Part shown: positions 8,218 to 17,105 of the stretch, piece after piece | Numbering within the stretch: the stretch's first letter is position 1 | Layout of the letters: each line of letters begins with the position of its first letter | From: an uncultured Chthonomonadaceae bacterium | GTDB lineage: Bacteria; Armatimonadota; Chthonomonadetes; Chthonomonadales; Chthonomonadaceae | Reading direction: 5' to 3' | DNA length: 23,466 nt | Assembly (NCBI GenBank): GCA_963835065.1 | Contig: CAWIEK010000038.1 | Coordinates: 1-23,466, forward strand | Translations under genes and position numbers: made by a program | The notes under the pieces: generated by a model | The model's database searches: none | Told to the model about the DNA's origin: nothing | What the model saw: only the letters and a program-made list of their open reading frames with translations

Positions 8218-11200
8218 CTACGCTATCGTCACATTCAGCGTTTGATGCGTGTTTACCAGCGCGTCAGTCGGCAGGGTCAGGAGCAGGCGGTTGCCCTCTT
8301 GCGTGAACGTGGAAGGCAGGCGCTTGCCGGCCAGCGTTATTTGCGCGGACTTGGCCGTTTGTCCGTCCGGGAGGGCGAAGGCCAGAGTGCGCAGCCGCAG
8401 TTTGCCCCACGCGACGGCAAGCGTTGCTGTTTGCTTTTCATTCTTGCGCGTTTGCGTAAACGTTCCCCATCCTTCCGCAGCCGTAAACGCGGCCTTGAAG
8501 TTTTCGGGTGACAGGCGCGGCGCAAAGCCGATGTGTCCCTGCGGGCCGTGATATTCGTAGCCGCAGGCGGCGAGAAACGTGCCGTAACTCGACATGGCGC
8601 GGGTGTAGTGGTCGGAACATTCCACTTCGTTGTAGGGGTTGCGGCGGGCGGCATGGTGCCGGTCTTCCACCATGCGCGTAATCGCCAGTCCCTTTTCCAC
8701 CAGAGTTTTGTCGGCCTGCCCTTCCCACAGATAATGCGCGGCGACTTGATGCTCCTGCCCCGTCCACACTTCATTGAAATAGAACGCGAAGCCGCTCCTG
8801 CCGCTTGCCGTTTCCGCGCCGCCGCGCGGGAACGTGGTCATTACCATGCCGCCTTCGCCCGCTAAGGCGTATACGCGCCCGCCTCGTATCTTTGATTTCA
8901 GGCGGAACCCGCCCGCGTCCGGCGTGAAGTTGTACTTCCACAGGCTTTCCAGCGCGGAAATGGTTTCCTTTTGGGGCGCGATGCGCGGCAATCCCACCTG
9001 CAGCGCCCAGGCCTGCCCCATCAATTGGTCTATGTGGCAGCCCTGATTGCTGTTCGTGGCTTCCGGGTGCTTGGGATCGGGAATGTGGATGAAATACTCG
9101 CCGTTGTACAGGCGTTTCACCAGTTCCGTTGTGCCGCGCCCGGCAATGGTTCGGCAGGTGGCGGCAAAGCCCGTATCGCCCGTTTCCGTCGCCATCGCTT
9201 CCCCCGCCCGCAGAGCCGCGATATACAGCGAACTGATCCACGCCATCGGGCCGTACCAGGCCGCGTCTAAGGTATTGTACTGTTCGCCTTCCAGCAAGCC
9301 GTTCGCGTCGCCGTCACAGCCGATCATGTATTCAATGGATTTGCGGATGTGGGGCCAGGTTTGGCGCAGAAAGGCCGCGTCCGGCGCCATCTGGTGTTCG
9401 CGGTACGCCCGTAAAATCACGCCGCACTGCCCATCATGCGCGACATTACGGCCACACTCGCCCCGGTAATCCGTCGCGCCGTTCGGATGCCAGGCAAGCC
9501 CAAAATCGGTACGCTGGCGCACATCGCGCTCCAAATCGGGAAAAATCCGCGCCACGCCCTGCGCATAATTCCAGACGTGCTGGCAGGTTCCCTGACAGCA
9601 ATACACGCCCTCAAACGCATAGAACCGGCCATTGTCGAACCGATAGCACGTACTGGTGGCGAGGGTGCAAAGGGACGCGAAAGTACGGTCCAAAAACCAG
9701 TGGGGCAGCGTGGAATCGTACCAGGTCTTGTTCCACAGCAGCGTTTGCCCCGCCAAACGGTCATAATGGGCGGCAACGTACTGCGTCAGGGCATGGGCAT
9801 CCTTGAAGCGGTTGTTATACTCACGCTTTAATTTTTCGATCGTCCTGCAAGCCGCCGAGCGTTCGCCGCAGCAAGCCGGGAAAGTGCCAGGTCAGCACAA
9901 ACGTAATTTCGCGTTTGTTCGCCGGGTTTGAGTGTGACTTTGCGGCCTAACGCCCCGATGATGTTGCTTCCAAAAGGCTGCGCGGCGCTGTTTGCAGTGA
10001 CGCCCTTGCCTGCTTGCGCTTCCGGCATGGCAAAAATGCTTGGCAGGGTGGCGTCCGGCACGGCGGCGGTTGCGAAATCGCCCGCCGTCTTGCCCATCAA
10101 GGCCAATCCCATTGAGCCGTAATCTTCCTGCTCGGTCAAAGGGCGCAGGTCGAACGGCGGCGCATCACTGAACACGATGTTATCGGCATTGATGTGCCCC
10201 CATCCGCCCTTTGCGCTGTCTACGATCTCGATATGCGCCTGTTTGCCTTCCAGGGCGCGAACATCCCAACTCGCCCAATCCAGATGCTCGTTGTCCTGCC
10301 CGGTTGCCGTGCGAACTACTGCGCCGTCCGCCACGAGATTGACGCAGGTTTGCCCCGCCCGACTGCCGCCGCCCACCAGAAAGTTGATGTATCGCCGCTC
10401 TATAGTAAATGGCTGCGAAATCAGTTTGCCTGTCGTGTCATCGCCGCCCCGGAAACTGTTGACCAGATGCTTGCCGTGAAATCCGCTTACCGCCTGTTGT
10501 CCCGGAAGCGTACCCGAAGCCGGTTCCACGCCGAACGCCTCGCCTTCTGCCTTCCATTTGCCATACCCCTGCTCGAAATCCTCGAACAGAATGTCGGCGC
10601 GTTTGGGCTGCGCAACGGCTTTTTGGGGCAATTCTTCCGCCGTACATTCCAGCATCACATATTTGCTGTCCCGCGCGATACGATTACGCCGCTGTCCCAT
10701 TTCCGGCCTGCCGCTGCCCAGGCACACAGCGTTTTCCAGCCAGCCGGCCAGTTCTACCGCTGCCGGTTTCGCGCCCGTATTCCTGACGGTGAAGCGCAGA
10801 ATGGTGGCGGGAAGGGAAGAATCCTCTACATTGAGGGGGATAAACGGGGGAAACGTGGTCATGGCAACGGATACGGGCAATTCTTTGGCGCGATAATCTA
10901 CCGTCGCCACCGGGTACTGCCCCTGAAACGTGATGTCGTCAGGGGAAAAGCCCCGGCTGTCCAATTGCCGCATCTCGGTTTTGTCGCCAACCGTTACTTT
11001 CAGGGCAAATCCCTGTTCAACAGGCGATTGGGGTTGGGGCGGGCGGGCGTAGTTGGGACCGCCCGAATCGGAAAAGTTGCCGGGTTGCGGCAGGTTGAAC
11101 AAGTCCCAGTGCCACAATTTGCCGTCGCCGCCAAGATACAACTGCCCGCAGCAGATGCCTCCGACCGGCATACCGATCTTTTCCAATTCCGCGCCGCGAT

Positions 11201-11465
11201 ACATGGTCGGCTTGCCCCGCGCCGTGAGCGATTCGAGCCATGCAGGTTTGAGTTTCTTGTCTTCGGGAATAAGGTTCTGAACCTCCGCCTGCGTAAACGG
11301 CCCCGCAACGGCAGGCATGGCCGCCAACGCCGCCCCGGATAGCGTCGCCGTCGTCAAAAGAAAATCCCGCCGCGTAATGGCGCTTGCTCCCGTATGGCAG
11401 GAGCAATCGGATGCGCAGGCGTTGGTTTCTTCCTGCTGTAGGGATTCGTTCGGATCAATCATCAT
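8218..11465 (-). pseudogene. GH116 (GBA2-like) glycoside hydrolase with Tat signal, interrupted by two frameshifts at about 9912 and about 9841-9885
   Basis: N-terminal part has Tat motif TRRDFLL, IGMPVGGICCG and PFIPLN.EDSSLPA (GH116 N-domain). C-terminal part has YAFEG..CC.GTC.HVWNYAQ, YNTLD, YNGEYF, NEVWTG.E and NPYNEVEC..HY.RAMSSY. The bridging segments EITFVLTWHFP and IEKLKREYNNRFKDA lie in two other frames. Confidence 0.85.
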
Positions 11466-11516
11466 CGCGCTCCTGCATAATCTTCTAAATTCAATCGAAA
11501 CTTCTTAAACATCCAA

Positions 11517-11780
11517 TTATAGGTGTACCGATTGGTTCAGCCACTCGCCGCGGGCTTCTTCGATTTCGGCATCAATTTCTGCCGCAGTGCGCCCTGTCGG
11601 TGCAACGGCGCTGAATTCCATTGCGCGATGGGTTTTTGGGTCAACAGGCGCGGTTTCACGCAAGGCTGCGAGGCTGATCGCAAGCAACTCTTCGGCGTAG
11701 GTATTAATGTCCATGCCGCGCAGAGTGGCGGCGTGGCTCAACTGGCGTATCGTGTTTTCTGAAATCGTCACGCTTTGCAT
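11517..11780 (-). CDS. Small antitoxin-like hypothetical protein with no adjacent toxin
   Basis: 87 aa with GAGGAAGG RBS. The N-terminus is RHH-like and the C-terminus EIDAEIEEARGEW resembles VapB-like antitoxins. Confidence 0.6.
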   Translation of the reverse strand: MQSVTISENTIRQLSHAATLRGMDINTYAEELLAISLAALRETAPVDPKTHRAMEFSAVAPTGRTAAEIDAEIEEARGEWLNQSVHL

Positions 11781-11811
11781 AATGTTGTTCCTTCCTCAAT
11801 TTGAGATGCGA

Positions 11812-11940
11812 TCAGACAACGGGGAGAGCCTTTAGGCCGAGTTGTTCCATCAGCGCAGGCAGGGTGACACGCCGCAATTGCGATAACTCCGCCAATGCTT
11901 GAAGGCGGCGCAATGTAAAGGCTTCGGACTCATCGTTCAC
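11812..11940 (-). pseudogene. C-terminal remnant of a small antitoxin-like protein
   Basis: The minus frame reads VNDESEAFTLRRLQALAELSQLRRVTLPALMEQLGLKALPVV*. This resembles the C-terminus of small proteins I recall upstream of HNH/toxin genes. The N-terminus is missing and an RBS (GGAGG) abuts the fragment directly. Confidence 0.5.
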
Positions 11941-11972
11941 CCTCCATTTATCTCAATCTTTGTACCTGTCGA

Positions 11973-12000
11973 ATTATACCACGAGTACGCGCGTTTCCAA
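11973..12000 (-). promoter_or_regulatory. Putative sigma70 promoter (extended -10) facing the antitoxin-like genes
   Basis: Minus strand TTGGAA-16 nt-TATAAT with TG at the extended -10 position. Confidence 0.5.
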
Positions 12001-12058
12001 TCCGCGCAGGGCTGCGCGCCGTTCTTGTCGAGGGGTTCGTTGCTGTTGCCGCACTTGG
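11981..12058 (-). repeat. Degenerate direct repeat of the helicase 3' end (other copy at 14093-14183)
   Basis: Near-identical blocks ...GTACGCGCGTTTCCAATCCG and TGCGCGCCGTTCTTGTCGAGGGGTTCGTTG(C/T)TGTTGCCGCACTTGG. This copy is 13 nt shorter and encodes KCGNSNEPLDKNGAQ and, in another frame, GLETRVLVV*. Confidence 0.93.
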
Positions 12059-12068
12059 TAACGCCTGC

Positions 12069-12098
12069 TTGCAAATCCCGGCCTTCCTTTGCTATAAT
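12069..12098 (+). promoter_or_regulatory. Putative sigma70 promoter for the ATPase/DUF4276 pair
   Basis: TTGCAA-18 nt-TATAAT with a TGn extended -10. Confidence 0.6.
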
Positions 12099-12179
12099 GT
12101 TCCTATCATGCCTATTGTAAGCGAGAACATGATGCAAGGCCAAATAGTCTTTGCACCTCTAGGAGAGCAGCGCTTAATC

Positions 12180-13283
12180 ATGCTAAAACGAATTGTGCTT
12201 AATGGTTTCAAGTCTATTCGATGTATAGACCTTGAACTGCATACGCTCAATATTCTGATTGGAGCGAATGGCGCGGGCAAAAGCAATCTTATATCGTTTT
12301 TTAAGATGCTCAACGAAATGACTGCCGGAAGGCTTCAGCAGTATATTGGCACTTCAGGACGCGCTCAATCCCTTTTGCACTTCGGCCCCAAATTGACTCC
12401 ACAGGTAGAGGCTCAATTAGAGTTTGAAGTGAAGAATGGCATAGATATTTATGCCATGCGGCTGTTTCATGCGGCAGGAGATACGCTCGTCTATGCCGAG
12501 GAAACATTAAGTTTTCAGCAACGAGGCCATACATCGCCGAAACTTTTTTCATTAGGCGCAGGACATACGGAAACACGGGTACTTGACGAAGCTAAGGCTG
12601 GAGAAAGAACAGCCCAGACTATCCGCCATTTGCTTAACTCATGCCGCGTGTACCATTTTCATGATACCTCCTCTACGGCTCGCGTCCGCCAATACGGTTA
12701 CATTGGTGACAATCGCCCTTTGATGCACGACGCAGGTAATCTGGCAGCGTTTCTTTATCGTTTGCGAAACGAGGGAAGCGGCTCGGCCTACTATCCTATC
12801 GTGAAAACAATTCAGTTGATTGCTCCCTTTTTTGGTGACTTTGACCTGGAGCCAACAGGCCCCGATAAAAGAGAGGTTATTTTGAATTGGCGGCAAAAGG
12901 GGTCCGATCAGGTATTTGGCCCGCATCAGCTTTCGGATGGCACACTGCGCGCTATGTGTCTCATTACGTTACTTCTGCAGCCTGAGGATGAACTACCGGA
13001 CCTGACCATTGTGGATGAACCGGAACTTGGACTGCATCCGTATGCTCTCAACGTTATTGCGGCTCTGTTCGGCAAGGTATCGCCTCCTAAACAAGTTTTG
13101 ATCAGTACGCAATCCAGTTCATTTCTGGATAACTTCGCGCCTGAAGATGTCATCGTGGTGAATCGGGAAGATAAGGAGTCGCAATTCAAACGCCTCAATT
13201 ATGCAGAATTAGAGGCATGGCTTGACGAATACAGTCTTGGCGAGGTATGGGAAAAGAATGTCATTGGCGGGGGGCCACACTAA
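12180..13283 (+). CDS. ABC-type (AAA_21/COG4637-like) ATPase, copy 1
   Basis: MLKRIVLNGFKSI start, Walker A GANGAGKS, signature LSDGT, Walker B IVDEPE, LHP D-loop, STQS switch and C-terminal YSLGEVW. AGGAGAG lies 12 nt upstream of ATG 12180. Confidence 0.88.
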   Translation: MLKRIVLNGFKSIRCIDLELHTLNILIGANGAGKSNLISFFKMLNEMTAGRLQQYIGTSGRAQSLLHFGPKLTPQVEAQLEFEVKNGIDIYAMRLFHAAGDTLVYAEETLSFQQRGHTSPKLFSLGAGHTETRVLDEAKAGERTAQTIRHLLNSCRVYHFHDTSSTARVRQYGYIGDNRPLMHDAGNLAAFLYRLRNEGSGSAYYPIVKTIQLIAPFFGDFDLEPTGPDKREVILNWRQKGSDQVFGPHQLSDGTLRAMCLITLLLQPEDELPDLTIVDEPELGLHPYALNVIAALFGKVSPPKQVLISTQSSSFLDNFAPEDVIVVNREDKESQFKRLNYAELEAWLDEYSLGEVWEKNVIGGGPH

Positions 13284-13996
13284 TGACTCGTCTCCACTTG
13301 TTTGCTGAAGGGCAAACGGAGCAAACATTTGCCACAAACGTGTTGAAGCCTCATCTTTTAAATTTTGGCGTATATCTACAGTACCCCATTCTTATTGCAC
13401 ATGCTAGAAGAAAAGGAATAGCCCATCGAGGTGGAGGAAGCAAATACATTCCCATGCGGGATGACATTTTGCGCAAAATAGCTCAGGAACAAGGTAAAAC
13501 GGACGTATATTTCACGACGATGATAGATTTATACGCCATAGATACAAATTTCCCCGGATTCGTCGAAACTGGAAAACTACGGCATTTGCCTGAAAAGCGC
13601 GTTGAGGCTCTGGAACAAGCTTTTGCGGCGGACATTGCTTATTGGCGCTTTATCCCTTACATCCAGTTACACGAATATGAAGCCTATCTTTTCTCTGATC
13701 CCACGCAGTTCCGCTTGTATTACCCACGCTACGAACACGCGATTAAAAATCTCCTATCTGTTGCGGATGCTAACGCTCCTGAAACAATTAACGATGGGCC
13801 AACGACGGCTCCCAGCAAGCGTATCATTGCGCAACTTCCCGGTTACGAACGCGCGAAAACTGTCGTAGGGCCGGAGGTTGCCGAACTTATCGGGCTGGAG
13901 GTGATTCGGAGCAAGTGCCCGCATTTCGCCGCATGGCTAACAAGCCTTGAACAACTTGGCGTAAAATCAGAAGGTAGCGATGCAGAAGGAACGTAG
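13283..13996 (+). CDS. DUF4276-family (TOPRIM-like) protein, copy 1
   Basis: AEGQTE, TTMIDLY, QLHEYEA, PETIND, PSKRI and CPHF..WL motifs. Translationally coupled to the ATPase (TAATG). Confidence 0.85.
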   Translation: MTRLHLFAEGQTEQTFATNVLKPHLLNFGVYLQYPILIAHARRKGIAHRGGGSKYIPMRDDILRKIAQEQGKTDVYFTTMIDLYAIDTNFPGFVETGKLRHLPEKRVEALEQAFAADIAYWRFIPYIQLHEYEAYLFSDPTQFRLYYPRYEHAIKNLLSVADANAPETINDGPTTAPSKRIIAQLPGYERAKTVVGPEVAELIGLEVIRSKCPHFAAWLTSLEQLGVKSEGSDAEGT

Positions 13997-14088
13997 AAGT
14001 TCAGCGCGGCGTTCTTGAGACAGGGCAGCCTACAGGCAGCCAAATACACCAACGAGGAGAACGTAAGCCGCAGCAACACACGTTGTGT

Positions 14089-16386
14089 TCATACAAGTAC
14101 GCGCGTTTCCAATCCGAGCAGAGCTTCGAGCAGGCGTTGCGCGCCGTTCTTGTCGAGGGGTTCGTTGTTGTTGCCGCACTTGGGGGATTGGACGCAGGAG
14201 GGGCAGCCGTCCGCGCAAACACAGTCCGTAATCAGGGCGTGGGTCGCGCCCAGCAGTTCGCGCAGGCTGGCATACGTGGCTTCGGCAATGCCCACGCCGC
14301 CGGGGTAGCCGTCGTAAATGAAGATGGTCGGCAGGCCGGTGTCGGGATGGTCGGGATGCGACACGCCGCCCACATCCCAGCGGTCGCACGTAGACAACAG
14401 GGGCATCATGCCAATGGCCGCGTGTTCGACGGCATGGATGCTGCCGCCCAATTGAACCCCCTCCCTGACTAAAATCTGCATCATGTCACTCGGAACCGTG
14501 AACCAGAACGCTTCCGTTTCAAAGGTTTGTTCGGGCAGTTCCAAATCCTCAATTTCCAGCACCTCGTCGCTGTACAGCTTTTTGCGCCGGAAACCAACCA
14601 CGCGGTTTGTCACCACCACTTCACCGAAGAACGCTCTGGTGTGTCCCAACTCCCGTTCCTGCCGCGTGTCCAGAATTAAGATATGCGAGTTTTCCCGCGC
14701 TTCCGTGTAGTAATTGGCTTCTACGGGACGCGCATACGCGGTCTTGGCGGCAATATCCAGGCGTTCGACCAGATACGTTTCGCCCAGGTGCAGATAAATC
14801 GCGCCGGGGTGTACGGTCTTGAAGGCGAGGTTGCTTTCCACCGTGCCGATGAGCCGGCCATTGTGTTCTTCATCCAGAATACGGAACGCGCCCTCCGAAG
14901 CCGAGCGGATATTGACGGCTGCGGCAGGGTAATCTCCGCCGCCAAAGTGCCACTTCTGCCCCCTGTAAAACACCTTGCGCTCTTCTTCCAGCGTGTCCAA
15001 AACGGCTTTCGCGTTCGGGCCGAAGCGGGGCAAATCCTGCCAGGTAATCGCCCGCTCATAACTGGCGCATAACAGATGCTGCGCCAGGATACGCCGGTTG
15101 TTGGAGTCTACAACGGCCTTTTCGTGTGGGCGTCCGAAAAAGTAGTCGGGATTGCGCATCAAAAACTGGTCCAGTGGGTTGTCCATCGCTACGAGAATGG
15201 AAAGCGATTCTTCGCCGCTCCTGCCTGCCCGCCCCGCCTGCTGCCATGTGCTGGCAATCGTGCCGGGGTAGCCCGTCATTACGGTTGCGTCCAGTCCGCC
15301 GACATCCACGCCCAATTCCAGCGCGTTCGTGGACGTGACGCCGATGATTTTGCCGGAAAACAAGCCCTGCTCGATCTGCCGCCGCTCCTTGATGGTGTAT
15401 CCCGCCCGGTATGACGTGATGCGCGAACACAGGTGCGGTTCCGTCCGCTCGAAGGTGTTGCGGGCATAGCGTAAAATCAACTCGGCGCTTTTGCGGGCTT
15501 TGGCGAACGTAATGTTGCGCACGTTCTGCGCAACCAAGTCGGTAAATAAACTTGTGGCTTCCATGTTCGCGCTCCGCCGAACGGCCTGATCCTGATCTAT
15601 AAACGGCGGGTTCCAGAACACAAACGTGCGCGGGCCGCTCGGCGCTCCGTTCTGGTCTACGATAATGGGATTGTCCACGCCGGTCAAGCGCTCGGTCAGT
15701 TCGTCGGGGTTGGCAATGGTTGCGGAACAGCACAGGAATTGCGGGTCCGCGCCATAAAACGCGCAAATCCGTCGTAATCGGCGCAGAATGTGGGCGACGT
15801 GCGCCCCGAACACGCCGCGGTACGTGTGCATCTCGTCCACAACCACGTATTTGAGGTTGGCAAGAAACGCGCTCCAGGTGGTGTGGTACGGCAAAATGCC
15901 CAGGTGCAGCATGTCGGGGTTGGTTAAAACAATATGCGCGCCCTTTTTCACATAGCGCCGCTCGTCAGTGGGCGTGTCGCCGTCGTAGGTGGCGAAGCGG
16001 ACGGTGGGGAACAGGCCATAATCGTTGAGCTTGCCAAGCTGATCCTGCGCAAGGGCTTTGGTGGGGAACAGATAAAAGGCGCGGGAAGTGGGGGCTTCCA
16101 GCACGGCGTCAATCACGGGCAGGTTGTAACACAGGGTTTTGCCGCTTGCCGTCGCGGTCACAACCGTGACATGCTCCCCATCCCGCGCCGCGTTGACCGC
16201 TTCCGCCTGATGCGAAAACAAGCACGCAATGCCCTGCGCGCTCAATTTCGCCTGCAATTGCGGATGCAGGGGGCGTTCCAATGTACCATACCGCGCAGGC
16301 CGGGCGGGTATGCGCTGCACATGCGTAATCTGCCCCTTGTAAAAAGGCGCGCGCCGTAAGTCGGAGAGGTAGCCAGTAAAGTCCAT
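14089..16386 (-). CDS. SF2 DEAD/DEAH helicase with C-terminal DUF1998 Zn-binding domain (YprA/MrfA/Hrq1/SftH family)
   Basis: LFSHQ Q-motif, TASGKT, PTKALAQDQ, DEMH, SAT, ALELGVDVG, QQAGRAGR, and C-terminal HAVEHA...CDRWD...YDGYPGG.G...CVCADGCPSC. Confidence 0.93.
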   Translation of the reverse strand: MDFTGYLSDLRRAPFYKGQITHVQRIPARPARYGTLERPLHPQLQAKLSAQGIACLFSHQAEAVNAARDGEHVTVVTATASGKTLCYNLPVIDAVLEAPTSRAFYLFPTKALAQDQLGKLNDYGLFPTVRFATYDGDTPTDERRYVKKGAHIVLTNPDMLHLGILPYHTTWSAFLANLKYVVVDEMHTYRGVFGAHVAHILRRLRRICAFYGADPQFLCCSATIANPDELTERLTGVDNPIIVDQNGAPSGPRTFVFWNPPFIDQDQAVRRSANMEATSLFTDLVAQNVRNITFAKARKSAELILRYARNTFERTEPHLCSRITSYRAGYTIKERRQIEQGLFSGKIIGVTSTNALELGVDVGGLDATVMTGYPGTIASTWQQAGRAGRSGEESLSILVAMDNPLDQFLMRNPDYFFGRPHEKAVVDSNNRRILAQHLLCASYERAITWQDLPRFGPNAKAVLDTLEEERKVFYRGQKWHFGGGDYPAAAVNIRSASEGAFRILDEEHNGRLIGTVESNLAFKTVHPGAIYLHLGETYLVERLDIAAKTAYARPVEANYYTEARENSHILILDTRQERELGHTRAFFGEVVVTNRVVGFRRKKLYSDEVLEIEDLELPEQTFETEAFWFTVPSDMMQILVREGVQLGGSIHAVEHAAIGMMPLLSTCDRWDVGGVSHPDHPDTGLPTIFIYDGYPGGVGIAEATYASLRELLGATHALITDCVCADGCPSCVQSPKCGNNNEPLDKNGAQRLLEALLGLETRVLV

Positions 16387-16474
16387 AGTCGGTTATCTTC
16401 CACAACGCGCTTTGTACATCAAAACTTCATCAGGGCAGATTGGCGTTAGAAGATCATCCTCACAGTAATACAAT

Positions 16475-17104
16475 TCATCCCAAACCGGCCTCTCTCGCCA
16501 ACCTCAACATTTCATCCAGCAACTCACGTAAATGCGGGCAGTGTTCGTAAGCGACATTGGGATCAAGTTTCGCAAACAAACTTTTGCCGTCAGTTACTTT
16601 GCCATACTTACGCTTGAGATGCAAACGATACAAACGCTCAAGCAGCTTTGCGGGCGGCTCATCAAAATTCACGTTTTCCGGCGGACGTTTCTCCGTATCA
16701 GGCAAGTATTGTCTGACATCCTGCGGAAAAAGTTTAGGATCGCTAAATAGCCATGCCTCGGTTTCATGGATGGCGAAGAACTGACGGAACTTTTCTTGAG
16801 CTACTTGTTTCTCGAGGTACTCTTTTGCCCATTGGTAACGTGCCAGCTTATTGGTTTTATCAGCCGGGTAGAATGTTGGCCCGTAAAGGTCTAAAAGCGA
16901 TATGACCGCAATTACATCTTGTTTAGGGGCATTCAGGTACATCTGCGTGTGTTGTCGAACGTCTTTGACTAACTGCGGCCAGCCGTCGAAGCGTACAGGC
17001 TGAACTCCTACCGGCTGAGTGAGTTGTTTGTCCAGCCAGCGCTTCAAAAATGCGGGAACGGCTTTCTGTTCTGTATGCCCCTCAACAAACAAGATGAACT
17101 TCAC
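16475..17104 (-). CDS. DUF4276-family (TOPRIM-like) protein, copy 2
   Basis: FVEGHTE, LLDLY, HETEAWL, PENVN, PAKLL and CPHL motifs. GTG start 1 nt after the ATPase stop. Confidence 0.83.
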   Translation of the reverse strand: MKFILFVEGHTEQKAVPAFLKRWLDKQLTQPVGVQPVRFDGWPQLVKDVRQHTQMYLNAPKQDVIAVISLLDLYGPTFYPADKTNKLARYQWAKEYLEKQVAQEKFRQFFAIHETEAWLFSDPKLFPQDVRQYLPDTEKRPPENVNFDEPPAKLLERLYRLHLKRKYGKVTDGKSLFAKLDPNVAYEHCPHLRELLDEMLRLAREAGLG

Positions 17105-17105
17105 C

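Noticed and set aside
10194..11342. 382-aa plus-strand ORF
   Set aside because: Antisense to the GH116 N-terminal region and has no motifs.
11937..12143. 68-aa minus-strand ORF containing KCGNSNEPLDKNGAQ
   Set aside because: A chance frame through the duplicated helicase tail and promoter region, not a gene.
12180..13996. Calling the ATPase pairs PARIS, Septu or an SMC/RecF repair protein
   Set aside because: The partner motifs fit DUF4276 rather than DUF4435 or HNH. The ATPases lack long coiled coils and a recF gene context.
11981..14183. Diversity-generating retroelement TR/VR pair
   Set aside because: No reverse transcriptase is present. The differences include a 13-nt deletion and are not confined to adenines.
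14089..16386. Calling the locus DISARM, Druantia or Dpd
   Set aside because: No DrmA-type second helicase, methylase, PLD nuclease, or dpd/dru partner genes in the window.
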